Source: Candidatus Oleimmundimicrobium sp.
GTDB taxonomy: Bacteria > Actinomycetota > Aquicultoria > UBA3085 > Oleimmundimicrobiaceae
Direction of reading: 5' to 3'
DNA length: 52,734 bases
Assembly (NCBI RefSeq): GCF_030651595.1
Contig: NZ_JAUSCH010000057.1
Coordinates: 1 to 52,734 of the forward strand
The notes under the pieces were generated by a model that saw only the letters and a list, made by a program, of their open reading frames with translations, ran no database searches and was not told where the DNA came from. A program made the position numbers and the translations under genes. Below, piece by piece: positions 18,937 through 28,981 of the stretch (its first letter is position 1; every line of letters begins with the position of its first letter).

Positions 18937-20403
18937 TTATTTTTTAGTGTAATCCTCTATGTATTTTTCTGCAAAAACCAAAGCTTCTTCTTTTGTCGAG
19001 ATTTTACCCTCCGCCCTGGCTTCTTCAATTTCCTCAAGTAATCTTCCAATGAGCTTTCCAGGCTCTAAGTTAAGTTCTTTTATTAAATCATGGCCCGTCA
19101 ACAAAGGCAGTATAGGTTTTTCAATAGTTGAAAAATAGATTTTCATAATATTTTTAACAAAATCTTCATGACGATTAAGGGATTCTTTGGTAGAAAGCGG
19201 CCCTAAAGTAGCCCCGCGATCTGCTAAGGAAAGAAGTAAAATTTCAACAGTTTCATCTCCGGCATCTCTTAAAAATCTTCTTATGGCTTTGTCAGATGAA
19301 CCTTTTTCTTTTGAAAGAAAGCCCGGCCTCATATGTTCGGCAATTAGTTTACCGACAATTTTTGTGCCCTCCTTGCTAATTTTTAAACGCTTGCAAATTC
19401 CATTGGCTATTTTGAAGCTAATCTCGGAATGATGATAGAAACACACTGTTTCTGAAGAATTAACAGATTTAGTTTTCGGTTTTCCGACATCGTGAAGCAA
19501 AACAGCAAATTTAAGGGGTACCACTCGATTAAACTCTCCCTGAAATGGCTGATTTATATGACTTAAAATCTTTTCATGTTCACTCGGAAAAATCTTTTTT
19601 AAATTAGCTAAGATCTCCTCGAGATTTTTTAAAGTAAGCAAAGTATGGCCCCAAACGTCGAGATGATGATAGTTGTTTTGAGTAACACCCTTCATCTCCT
19701 CAACTTCAGGAAGAACAAACTTGATGATATCTAACTTGCCCAGTAGCTCAATTGCTTTGTAAAAATGAGGAAGAGCAAAAATCAAAAATAGTTCCCGTTG
19801 TAACCTTTCAGCAGAAACATTTTTAATTAAATTAACGGACTCTTTCAAAAAAGAAACCGTTTTTAATTCAATGTTAAAACCAAGTTCAACAGATAATCTA
19901 ACTGCTCTCAAAATCCTTAAGGGGTCCTCTTTAAAAGCTTCAGGGCAAACTGCCGAGATATTTTTATTCTTGATATCACGCAAACCCTCGAAAATATCGA
20001 TAACTTGAATAGGCATTGTCTCCTCTGCCAATTTTTTGGCGTCAACAGCGAGAGAATTTACCGTAAAATCTCTCTGCTTCAAATTATCCTCTATTTTCCC
20101 CTGCATAGAGCAGACATCAATTTTTCTTAATTCCTCGTTTTTTACAACTATCCGTGCTACCCCTTTATTTCCTAAAAGAAAAAAACTACCGCCAAGAACA
20201 TCTACAAGCTTCCTGCAGTATTTTTCGACATCACCCACAACAACTAAATCAATATCATTTCCTGTTCGACCAAGAACTTTATCTCTTATATAACCGCCCA
20301 CTAAGTAGGCCTGGTTGGGATTATCTTTCACAAACTCTAAAACTCTCAAAAGAAGCTCATCGCCTGCCGATAAATCACGTAAATTAATTCTGGATATTCC
20401 CAT
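18937..20403 (-). CDS. Class II tRNA nucleotidyltransferase / poly(A) polymerase family protein with HD domain (CC-adding-like architecture)
   Basis: VGGYIRD, DIDL, RDFTVNS, EDPLRILRA, SAER, HH.DVWGH and LLHDVGK motifs. Confidence 0.88.
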   Translation of the reverse strand: MGISRINLRDLSAGDELLLRVLEFVKDNPNQAYLVGGYIRDKVLGRTGNDIDLVVVGDVEKYCRKLVDVLGGSFFLLGNKGVARIVVKNEELRKIDVCSMQGKIEDNLKQRDFTVNSLAVDAKKLAEETMPIQVIDIFEGLRDIKNKNISAVCPEAFKEDPLRILRAVRLSVELGFNIELKTVSFLKESVNLIKNVSAERLQRELFLIFALPHFYKAIELLGKLDIIKFVLPEVEEMKGVTQNNYHHLDVWGHTLLTLKNLEEILANLKKIFPSEHEKILSHINQPFQGEFNRVVPLKFAVLLHDVGKPKTKSVNSSETVCFYHHSEISFKIANGICKRLKISKEGTKIVGKLIAEHMRPGFLSKEKGSSDKAIRRFLRDAGDETVEILLLSLADRGATLGPLSTKESLNRHEDFVKNIMKIYFSTIEKPILPLLTGHDLIKELNLEPGKLIGRLLEEIEEARAEGKISTKEEALVFAEKYIEDYTKK

Positions 20404-20433
20404 TTAATTAGCACCGTATCCTATCAATTTTTG

Positions 20434-20856
20434 TTAACTTCTCTCCCAATTGACCCGAACAAACTTCTCGCCTTCAAGCCATTGAATATCGAGCTTGCCA
20501 GAGAATGCCCTTTCAAACTCCCTGCCAATAAGTTCGGCCAGAGCTTTGTCAGTTGTTTCAATTGAAAAACCTTCCGGCGTTTCTCCCATCTTAAAAATTC
20601 TTGCAGCCACGTTCCTTTTTTTCTTCTTTTCAACAGTATTGTGTATCAAATTTAAGGCCTCGTCTTTATGGTTTTTTATAAAATCTCCCTTGATAAGAAC
20701 CACTCCATCGACCATTTTCTTTTTTAATTTTTCACAACCCAAACATAAACCCATCTCAACATCGGATTTCTTGCTTAGCTTTTCATAAAGATTCTCATCG
20801 TACACCCACTTGCGCCCATCAAATACCGCTTCGCAACTTGAACATAATTTCATCAT
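20434..20856 (-). CDS. BCAM0308 / NMD3-like zinc-binding protein
   Basis: CSSC..V..GRKW, CLGC, G.V.IKG.F, ETT...LA..IG and VRV.W pattern. Confidence 0.65.
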   Translation of the reverse strand: MMKLCSSCEAVFDGRKWVYDENLYEKLSKKSDVEMGLCLGCEKLKKKMVDGVVLIKGDFIKNHKDEALNLIHNTVEKKKKRNVAARIFKMGETPEGFSIETTDKALAELIGREFERAFSGKLDIQWLEGEKFVRVNWERS

Positions 20857-20857
20857 T

Positions 20858-21385
20858 TTAAATCCCCCTTTTCAATATGTTAATAATCTTTTCGGGCATT
20901 TTTTCTCGATTTTCATATGATAATTCAAGAATCATTACATCTTTTCTGGCTTTTATTTGCTCAATAAATTCATTTTTAATCTTTCCGATGGTCGCCAGGA
21001 CAAGATTCGGTGAGTTTAAAATATTTTCTACAACACGTTTAAAATTATCAGAGTGTAGCTCCATCTTCCCAATTTCATCAATTATAATCAAACTATTGTC
21101 GTCAGAAATTCCTTCAAGAGCTAAAACTCCAATTCTTTCAAATTCATCAATATTTACCCCATATCTCCCTACTTTAATGGGACCAGGAAAATTCTCGTGG
21201 GCAAGAATCCCTTCCTTAAGGTTATCTGTATCACCAATTACTTTTATTTTAAAACCTCTTCTTCTACCTACTTCTCTAATTTCTTCGGTATAAAATCCAA
21301 CCACGCGTCCGGAGTAAAGCGTTAAAACCTTCTTTATTAAAGTAGTTTTTCCAACTCCGGGAGAACTAGTTATAAGAATATTCAA
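20858..21385 (-). CDS. NTPase_1 / THEP1-type nucleoside-triphosphatase
   Basis: SPGVGKTT, GFYTEEIRE..RRGF, VGRYGV and IIDEIGKMEL; start moved to TTG after AGGAG. Confidence 0.9.
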   Translation of the reverse strand: MNILITSSPGVGKTTLIKKVLTLYSGRVVGFYTEEIREVGRRRGFKIKVIGDTDNLKEGILAHENFPGPIKVGRYGVNIDEFERIGVLALEGISDDNSLIIIDEIGKMELHSDNFKRVVENILNSPNLVLATIGKIKNEFIEQIKARKDVMILELSYENREKMPEKIINILKRGI

Positions 21386-21396
21386 AAAAACTCCTA

Positions 21397-21897
21397 TCAA
21401 TCAACAATTTTAATCTCTAAATCTAATATGATTTCTCTTAACTCATCTGAAGTTGAGTAACCTTTAACCACATAACTTCCAACCGGAACTCGCTCTCCTT
21501 CAAAATTCTCCTGAGGCCAGACGACTTCATAAACAAGCTCTTCGCCGGGCTCCAGCTTTTTTTCCCGCAAAATCATGGCAAAAACTTTCCCGTATGACCA
21601 GCGCCAAACTTCATTTCCGGAATCATCATTCACTAAAAATTCATATTCTTGCCCCGAAGTAAATGAGAGTTTTTGAGGATTATCACCCGTATTCTTAATA
21701 TTTAATTTCAGAGGAACTTCCTCACCCGAAAAAAACGTTGACTTCGAAATTGAAAACTTAACTTCAAATCCTTTTAATTGTTGATAAGACACCGGAGAAA
21801 CCATATCAGTAGATTTTTTAGAAACACACCCGCCTATAAGTAATAAGGTGAGGAGAGTTAAAGTTATAAAAATAAGATGTAATTTTTTAAGGGTCAT
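21397..21897 (-). CDS. Lipoprotein with BsuPI (intracellular proteinase inhibitor-like) Ig domain
   Basis: Signal peptide ending IGG-C; LSFTSGQEYEF...GNEVWRWS.GK.F motif. Confidence 0.75.
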   Translation of the reverse strand: MTLKKLHLIFITLTLLTLLLIGGCVSKKSTDMVSPVSYQQLKGFEVKFSISKSTFFSGEEVPLKLNIKNTGDNPQKLSFTSGQEYEFLVNDDSGNEVWRWSYGKVFAMILREKKLEPGEELVYEVVWPQENFEGERVPVGSYVVKGYSTSDELREIILDLEIKIVD

Positions 21898-21914
21898 CTC
21901 GAGTTCCTAACTTT

Positions 21915-23030
21915 TTAAGAATTTTGAGAAAGATATCTTCTTGGAACCCTTCCACTTATCATGCAAACTACTTCATAATTTATTGTACCTAAAATTTTTG
22001 CAAGTTCGTCCGCCATAATTTCTTTTTCGCCCTGGCTTCCAATAAGAACAACCTCGTCATCCACTTCAGCTTGATGATTACCTACATCAACCATAAATTG
22101 GTCCATACAAATATTTCCAACCACAGGAAATCTGTCCCCCCGCAACAATACGGAGCTTTTATTCGACAAAAGCCTACTATAACCATCGGCATATCCTAAA
22201 GGCACAGTTGCTATTCTGGTTTCGTTTTTAGCACGATAAGAGTGACCGTAACTTACTCCTTCCCCGGCTGAAATAGTCTTTATAAAGGAAACGCGCGCCT
22301 TAAATCGGAGAGCCGGGCTTAAAGCAATCCTATCCTTCGTTGCTTCCGTTGGATGAAGCCCATAGATAGAAATTCCAACACGCACCATATCTAAGTGAGT
22401 CTCAGGCATTAAAATCGTTGCGGCACTATTAGCAGCATGCTTTATGGGAATAATGCAACCATTATCTTCCAAGTTAGAAATTAAGGAAGTAAACTTCTCA
22501 AATTGTGCTTTTGTGTAATCTGGCGACTTCCCCGCCATCGCAAAGTGTGTGAAGATTCCCTCAACTTCTATAAAATTGAGGGTTTTAATATAGTTTAAAA
22601 AATTAAGTGTTTCTTCAGGAAAAACACCTATTCTATTCATACCGGTATCAACTTTTACATGAACACTAACCTTTTTATTTAATTTCTTTGCTTCTTTAAG
22701 GAGCTCATCTACTACTCGCTTTGAACAAACCGTGGGAATAAGCTCATTTTCAATCACCAATTTTGCAGATGACGGAGGAATTTCGCTTAAAATTTGAATG
22801 GGGCATTTAATTTCCGCCTTCCTGAGTCTGACCCCTTCTTCAGCTGAAGCAACACCCAGTCTATTGGCACCGGCACCTAAAGCAGTTTTAGAAACCTCCA
22901 CATCCCCATGGCCATATCCATTTGCCTTAACTACAGCCATAAGCAAGGTATCCTGCTTTAATTGTGCTTTGATTAAAGATATGTTCTTTTTTATTGCGGA
23001 AAGATCAATCTCCGCCCAAACAGGACGCAA
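21915..23030 (-). CDS. alr: Alanine racemase
   Basis: AVVKANGYGHG, KVDTGMNRIG, GYADG and VGNICMDQ motifs. Confidence 0.97.
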   Translation of the reverse strand: MRPVWAEIDLSAIKKNISLIKAQLKQDTLLMAVVKANGYGHGDVEVSKTALGAGANRLGVASAEEGVRLRKAEIKCPIQILSEIPPSSAKLVIENELIPTVCSKRVVDELLKEAKKLNKKVSVHVKVDTGMNRIGVFPEETLNFLNYIKTLNFIEVEGIFTHFAMAGKSPDYTKAQFEKFTSLISNLEDNGCIIPIKHAANSAATILMPETHLDMVRVGISIYGLHPTEATKDRIALSPALRFKARVSFIKTISAGEGVSYGHSYRAKNETRIATVPLGYADGYSRLLSNKSSVLLRGDRFPVVGNICMDQFMVDVGNHQAEVDDEVVLIGSQGEKEIMADELAKILGTINYEVVCMISGRVPRRYLSQNS

Positions 23031-23060
23031 TCATTTGCTCCTTTGCCGGTTAAACCCAAT

Positions 23061-23519
23061 TTAGCTTTTTACAATTGTCTTCATGATATCGGCTTTCGTT
23101 ATAATACCAACTAATTTTTTACCTTTTAAAACCGGAACCCTGCCTATTTTTTTATCAACCAAGATTGTAGCTGCATCCTTAACAGAGTCATCTTCATTTA
23201 CACAAATAATATTTTCACTCATTACTTCCTTTACTTTTGCCCCAACGGCCTTTTTTAAACCTTCCTCAAACTTCTTTAAGCTTCCTAAATATATGTATCC
23301 ATCTAAAAAATGAAGATATGTTGGGAAATTAAGCTTAACATCCCGCATTATAAGATCGTCTTCCGTAACCATGCCAACCACATCACCGTCATCATCCACA
23401 ACAGGCGCTCCTCCAATCTTGTTATCAAGAAGAATTTGTGCCGCCTCTTTCACAGAAGTATTTTCGTGGATTGTAATTACATTGGCCTCCATAATGTCCT
23501 TAGCTTTCATATTTTTCAT
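23061..23519 (-). CDS. CBS-domain pair protein
   Basis: Two CBS repeats (GGAPVVD..GMVTEDD; RVPV..LVGIITKAD). Confidence 0.9.
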   Translation of the reverse strand: MKNMKAKDIMEANVITIHENTSVKEAAQILLDNKIGGAPVVDDDGDVVGMVTEDDLIMRDVKLNFPTYLHFLDGYIYLGSLKKFEEGLKKAVGAKVKEVMSENIICVNEDDSVKDAATILVDKKIGRVPVLKGKKLVGIITKADIMKTIVKS

Positions 23520-23520
23520 C

Positions 23521-25056
23521 TTAAACTCCCTCCAATATTTTTCTCATAGCTTTCGGCAAATAGTTAATTAAATCTCTCGCTATCACGCAATAAGGGGTCA
23601 TTTCTTCAGCAGCAATATCCCCTGCAAGCCCGTGAAGGTAAGTTCCGAGAACAGCTGCCTCAAAAGAATCAAGACCTTGGGCCATAAAACTACTTATAAA
23701 ACCAGCAAGGATGTCACCCGTTCCCGCTGTAGCCATCCCCCAATTACCGGTAACATTTATCGAAAAATCATCATCGAATCCGATAATGGAGTAAGCCCCT
23801 TTAAGAACAACCGTCGTCTTCCACTCCAATGTGGCACGTTTTACATACCCCAAACGATCTTTTTGAATATCTTGTGCCAAAACCCCAAAAAGACGTGCTA
23901 ATTCCCCCGGATGCGGGGTTACAACAGTCGGCTGTAAACGTTCTGTTAAAAGATGTGTCTTATTAATTATAGCATTTAGTCCATCGGCATCTAACACCAT
24001 TGGAGATTTAATATCAGAAATTAACTTACAAATGAGGGAAAATGTGCTGGCATTTTGTGAAAGGCCCGGCCCCAAGACAACTACATCAAAAGATTTACTT
24101 TCCTTAATTATTTTTTTGTAAGCAGCTAAATCCAAAGAACCAACATCAGTTTCAGGTAGAGGAAGTGTCATAACTTCAGTTAGTTTTTCCTCCAAAATAG
24201 GATTTAAACTTTCAGGGATACCAAGAACAACCAACCCGGCTCCCGCTCTCAAAACAGCGTTAGCCGTTAAAACAGCCGCTCCCGTCATTCCACGAGAGCC
24301 AGCAATAACTAAAACTTTACCCCTGGCTTTTTTGTGAATATCTCCCGGAGGAATGGGAAGTAAATTTTTAATATCACCCGGTAATGATACTCGAGCCAAC
24401 CCTTCTTTTACGGCCTCTAAGGGCAAGCCAAGGTCAGCTATCACAAGCTTACCAACATAGTCCGCCCCCGGATACATAAACAATCCAATTTTGGGCGCTA
24501 TAAACGTCACTGTTTTGGTGGCTTTTATGCAAACGCCGTGAATCTGACCCGTGTCTGCTTCAACTCCGGAAGGAATATCAGCTGACACAACTTTTAAGTT
24601 TGCGGAATTAATCCTCTCCACAACTTTCTCCGCAAATCCCTTAATCTTCCCTTTAAATCCAGTGCCAAATATAGCATCTATCACTAAATCCGCTTCTAAA
24701 AGAGCTGGTCCAAACTCTTTTAAATTAGTTTGATTTAAGATTTTAGGCTCCATAAATCTCTTTAATTCTAGAAATGCATCGTTGGCCTCTCCTTCTATTT
24801 CATTCTCGGCACACAGAAAAAAGGAAGTTACCCTTAAACCTCTCTCGATTAAAACCTTGGCGGCAACAAAACCGTCTCCTCCGTTATTACCTTTTCCAGA
24901 AACAATTACAACTCTTCCTTGCTCCCCCACAATATCAAAGACTTCATTGGCCAAAACCCTGCCGGCTTCCTCCATTAAATCTCTTAGAGAAACTCCCAAA
25001 TTTTTTACTATATTCTCTTCTACTTTTCGCATTTGTCCACTGTTAACAACGAGCAT
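23521..25056 (-). CDS. nnr: Bifunctional NAD(P)HX epimerase/dehydratase (YjeF, NnrE-NnrD)
   Basis: GKGNNGGDG, DAIFGTG, DIPSG, DADGLN, TPHPGE and ATAGTGD motifs. Confidence 0.93.
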   Translation of the reverse strand: MLVVNSGQMRKVEENIVKNLGVSLRDLMEEAGRVLANEVFDIVGEQGRVVIVSGKGNNGGDGFVAAKVLIERGLRVTSFFLCAENEIEGEANDAFLELKRFMEPKILNQTNLKEFGPALLEADLVIDAIFGTGFKGKIKGFAEKVVERINSANLKVVSADIPSGVEADTGQIHGVCIKATKTVTFIAPKIGLFMYPGADYVGKLVIADLGLPLEAVKEGLARVSLPGDIKNLLPIPPGDIHKKARGKVLVIAGSRGMTGAAVLTANAVLRAGAGLVVLGIPESLNPILEEKLTEVMTLPLPETDVGSLDLAAYKKIIKESKSFDVVVLGPGLSQNASTFSLICKLISDIKSPMVLDADGLNAIINKTHLLTERLQPTVVTPHPGELARLFGVLAQDIQKDRLGYVKRATLEWKTTVVLKGAYSIIGFDDDFSINVTGNWGMATAGTGDILAGFISSFMAQGLDSFEAAVLGTYLHGLAGDIAAEEMTPYCVIARDLINYLPKAMRKILEGV

Positions 25057-25058
25057 CT

Positions 25059-25448
25059 CTATTCCTCCAATTTGATGGCCACCGCTGAAGCAATAGCACT
25101 ATGGTGACAAAAAGAAAGACTTATAAGAACATCGCCAATTTCATATTCTTTTAATTTTTTAGCAGCTCCACCAAAAAACTTAACAAATGGTTTGCCAAGT
25201 TTGTCTCGACAAATTTCCAAATCAGTCCACTCAACCCCACGAAAACCTGTTCCTATAGCTTTAAGAATTGCCTCTTTAGCAGCAAAACGAACGGCGAAAT
25301 GGAGAAAAGGATTTGCTTTGCTAAGACAATAATCCTGCTCTGAAGAAGTAAATACACGAACTTGAAACTGAGGGTGACGCTGAATAGCTTTTTTTACGCG
25401 TTCAATCTCAATGATATCGACGCCTATCCCTTTAATCATCTCAATCAC
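25059..25448 (-). CDS. acpS: Holo-ACP synthase
   Basis: GIGVDII and RFAAKEA..KA.GTG motifs. Confidence 0.95.
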   Translation of the reverse strand: MIEMIKGIGVDIIEIERVKKAIQRHPQFQVRVFTSSEQDYCLSKANPFLHFAVRFAAKEAILKAIGTGFRGVEWTDLEICRDKLGKPFVKFFGGAAKKLKEYEIGDVLISLSFCHHSAIASAVAIKLEE

Positions 25449-25481
25449 TCTTTCCTGAAATTCATAATTTTGCTATCAACA

Positions 25482-25661
25482 AAATAGCCCGGTACGACCT
25501 CGATGGCCAATAGCTCGCTCACTACTGTTCGCTCAATAGCCGAATCTCAAACCATAAACCATCAGTCCAAAAATAGTTAGCTTGTTGGTTGCTGGTTTGC
25601 TTTCTGCTTTACCTTTATTTTTACTCTATACCCCATCTGCCATATGCCATAAGCTATCTGC
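25482..25661. repeat. ~60-bp repeat element plus 7-bp repeat tracts
   Basis: Matches 17951-18012; CCATCTG CCATATG CCATAAG CTATCTG next to the glmS stop. Confidence 0.7.
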
Positions 25662-27488
25662 CTATTCAACCGTCACACTTTTAGCTAAATTTCTGGGTTG
25701 GTCCACATTGCAACCTCTTACCTTCGCCATGTGATAAGCTAAAAGCTGGAGGGGAACTACCGCGAGAATAGCCGATATAATTTCGGGCGCCTCGGCAACA
25801 TAAAAAACATGGTCGACAACCTTTTTAATTTCGCCATCTCCACGTGAAGCAACGGCTATTATGTCAGCCCCGCGTGCCTTTACTTCCTGTATATTCCCAA
25901 GAATCTTCTCATATACCTTACTCTTAGTGGCAACAACAACTACCGGCACCCCGTCATCAATTAAAGCTATAGGCCCGTGCTTCATTTCTCCGGCTGCGTA
26001 ACCCTCAGCATGAATATAAGATATCTCTTTTAATTTCAATGCGCCTTCAAGAGCGACCGGCAAACCAACTCCTCTTCCAAGAAAAAGAAAGTCGGCACAG
26101 TCGGCATAATTTTCGGCTACTTCTTTAATTTTCCCGTTACCTGAAAGGATTTCTTCTACTTTATCAGGTAACAGTAAAATATCCTTAATTATTGCCGATG
26201 CTTCTTTTTCATCAAGACACTTATGAATTCTTGCCAAATAAAGAGCGAAAATATAAAGGGCAACCATTTGAGAGACCAACGTTTTGGTGGCTGCGACTCC
26301 GATTTCCGGGCCCGCATGAGTATATACCACCCCATCTGCCTCTCTGGTTATTGTGCTTCCCAAAACATTAGTGATGCCAATAACCTTGGCTTTTTTGCTT
26401 TTCGCCTCTCTCACACCTGCCAACGTGTCCGCCGTTTCTCCGGACTGAGTAATTGCTATAACCAAGGTGTTCTCGTTTAAAATAAGGTCAGAATATCTAA
26501 ATTCTGAAGAAATATCCACTTCAACCGGTATTTTTGCCCAATGTTCAATGGCCGCTTTTCCAACAAGCCCAGCATGATAGGAGGTGCCACAAGCTATAAT
26601 AACCACCTTATTTATTTTAAGTAACTCTTCTTTGTTAAATTGCAAATCATCAAAAAATATTTCGCCGGTTTTATTAAGTTTATCACGCGTGGTTTCCCTT
26701 ATAGCTTTAGGTTGCTCAAAAATCTCTTTGAGCATAAAATCTTCAAATCCACCTTTTTCTGCCGCCTCTTCGTCCCATTTAACCTTAAAGATCTCTTTCT
26801 TAATTTCCTTCCCATCAAAAGTAGCCATATAGACTCCTTCAGGAGTAACTTTTGCCATTTCATAATCTTCAAGAATAAAGATATTCTTCGTATGATTTAA
26901 AACAGCCGGAATATCCGAAGCAACAAAATACTCATTATTGCCAACTCCAATAATAAGAGGGCTATCTTTTCTGGCCACCACAATTAAATTAGGATGGTCT
27001 TGACAAATAACAGCTATGGCAAAAGAACCTTCTAATTTTTTCACGGCCTTTTGAACTGCCTCAAAAAGATCTTTTTTATAGTGTTCTTCTATTAAGTGAA
27101 CTATCACTTCGGTATCTGTTTCCGAGTGAAAGATGTGGCCTTTTTCCGTCAATTGTTTTTTAATATCCAAAAAATTCTCAATTATGCCATTATGGACAAG
27201 GAATATCTTATTTTTACAGTCTTCATGCGGATGAGCATTTTCCTTAGTAGGCCGCCCATGGGTTGCCCATCGTGTATGCCCAATTCCTAAACTTCCACAA
27301 GGTTTATCTTTATTTACAGCGGCTTCAAGATGAGACAAATTTCCAACTTCTCGCATTATGTTAATTTTTCCATTGTCAAAAAAAGCAATGCCTGCTGAGT
27401 CATATCCTCGATATTCTAATTTTTTTAGTCCCTCAATAAGAATTGGAACAGAATTTTTACTACCAATGTATCCTACAATTCCACACAT
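25662..27488 (-). CDS. glmS: Glutamine-fructose-6-phosphate transaminase
   Basis: MCGIVG, LEYRGYDSAG, GHTRWATHG, QSGETADT and NLAKSVTVE motifs. Confidence 0.98.
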   Translation of the reverse strand: MCGIVGYIGSKNSVPILIEGLKKLEYRGYDSAGIAFFDNGKINIMREVGNLSHLEAAVNKDKPCGSLGIGHTRWATHGRPTKENAHPHEDCKNKIFLVHNGIIENFLDIKKQLTEKGHIFHSETDTEVIVHLIEEHYKKDLFEAVQKAVKKLEGSFAIAVICQDHPNLIVVARKDSPLIIGVGNNEYFVASDIPAVLNHTKNIFILEDYEMAKVTPEGVYMATFDGKEIKKEIFKVKWDEEAAEKGGFEDFMLKEIFEQPKAIRETTRDKLNKTGEIFFDDLQFNKEELLKINKVVIIACGTSYHAGLVGKAAIEHWAKIPVEVDISSEFRYSDLILNENTLVIAITQSGETADTLAGVREAKSKKAKVIGITNVLGSTITREADGVVYTHAGPEIGVAATKTLVSQMVALYIFALYLARIHKCLDEKEASAIIKDILLLPDKVEEILSGNGKIKEVAENYADCADFLFLGRGVGLPVALEGALKLKEISYIHAEGYAAGEMKHGPIALIDDGVPVVVVATKSKVYEKILGNIQEVKARGADIIAVASRGDGEIKKVVDHVFYVAEAPEIISAILAVVPLQLLAYHMAKVRGCNVDQPRNLAKSVTVE

Positions 27489-27564
27489 ATAATCTTTCCT
27501 CCAAATGAATTAACTGGTTTATCTGATTGTCAATTTTTAGTTTATAGTTCGTGGTTCATTTCCC

Positions 27565-28902
27565 TTAACTCAATTCTTTCTTAACCGTATCGGCAACCTC
27601 TTCCGCTATAATGTTGGCCTTCTTTTTGGTGTCGCTTTCCACCATCACCCTAATTAAAGACTCAGTCCCAGATGGTCTCACAAGAATTCTCCCTTTTTCT
27701 CCCAGTTTCTTTTCCGCTTCTTCCACGGTTTTCCAGATATTTATGTTTCCTTTTAATCGATCTTTATCAACAACTTCAACGTTTATAAGAACCTGGGGAA
27801 GGCGCGTCATAATAGAAGTAAGTTCTGAAAGCTTTTTGCCTGAGTCTCTAATCACATTCATTAACTGAAGAGCCGTTATAATTCCATCACCAGTGGGATT
27901 ATGTTTAAGAAATATGATATGGCCCGATTGTTCTCCACCAAGAACCGCCCCACATCGCAACATTTCCCTTAAAACATACTTGTCACCCACATCTGTTTTT
28001 ATAACATTTATCCCTTTTGCCCGCATTGCCAAATCAAACCCTAAATTAGTCATTACCGTAGTCACGACGGTATTTTTAGGTAACTGCCCAATTTCTTTAA
28101 GGTAAACCGCGCATATAGCCATAATAAAATCACCGTCAACTAAGTTGCCTTTCTCGTCAACGGCAATAACTCTATCAGCGTCTCCGTCATGAGCTAACCC
28201 AAGGTCAACATCGTGCGACCTTGTAATCTCTTGGATGTTTTCAGGATAAGTTGAGCCACACATCTCATTTATATTTAAGCCATTCGGTTCCGTATTTAAA
28301 GGTAAAACATTTACCCCCAGCTCTCTTAAAATACGTGGAGAAACTTTGTAGGAAGCTCCATTGGCACAATCAATAACCACTCTAAAACCATTTAATTCTC
28401 CGTATATTGTACCTACCGCATGCTCAATATATCTTTCTTTAGCATCCGCCGCCTCTTTTACCACACCGACGTCCCCACCGGTTGGTCTTTCAGCAGACTC
28501 ATCTAAATCCAACTTCATTTCTATTTCATCTTCCAATTCATCGGAAATTTTAAAACCCGAAGGACCAAAAAACTTGATTCCATTGTATTCCGCAGGATTA
28601 TGCGAAGCTGAAATCACAATACCACCATCAGCAGAGTAATCCTTAGTTAAGTAAGAAATAGCAGGTGTGGGAATAATTCCAGCCCTTAAAACATCAACTC
28701 CCGCAGAGCATACCCCGCTTATTAATGCAGATTCTAAAAAGTCTCCCGAAATACGCGTATCTCGCCCAATTACAATTTTCCCTTTTTTGCCAGAAGGTAC
28801 CAATAAAGAAGCTCCCACATAGCCCAAATTGAAAGCCAATTCAGCCGAAAGATCCTTATTAGCTATGCCGCGTACTCCATCTGTACCAAAAAGTTTAGCC
28901 AA
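27565..28902 (-). CDS. glmM: Phosphoglucosamine mutase
   Basis: LFGTDGVRG, SASHNP, DGDADR, GGEQSGH and RPSGTE; TTG start after GGAGG. Confidence 0.97.
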   Translation of the reverse strand: MAKLFGTDGVRGIANKDLSAELAFNLGYVGASLLVPSGKKGKIVIGRDTRISGDFLESALISGVCSAGVDVLRAGIIPTPAISYLTKDYSADGGIVISASHNPAEYNGIKFFGPSGFKISDELEDEIEMKLDLDESAERPTGGDVGVVKEAADAKERYIEHAVGTIYGELNGFRVVIDCANGASYKVSPRILRELGVNVLPLNTEPNGLNINEMCGSTYPENIQEITRSHDVDLGLAHDGDADRVIAVDEKGNLVDGDFIMAICAVYLKEIGQLPKNTVVTTVMTNLGFDLAMRAKGINVIKTDVGDKYVLREMLRCGAVLGGEQSGHIIFLKHNPTGDGIITALQLMNVIRDSGKKLSELTSIMTRLPQVLINVEVVDKDRLKGNINIWKTVEEAEKKLGEKGRILVRPSGTESLIRVMVESDTKKKANIIAEEVADTVKKELS

Positions 28903-28981
28903 AAATACCTCCAAATTTTAAATTTAATAATGCATAATTATAACCTTTATCATGCTTATATGCGAACGCAATCATCTAAAT

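Noticed and set aside
27489-27564. glmS ribozyme
   Set aside because: Only 76 AT-rich nt separate glmM and glmS, with none of the conserved core
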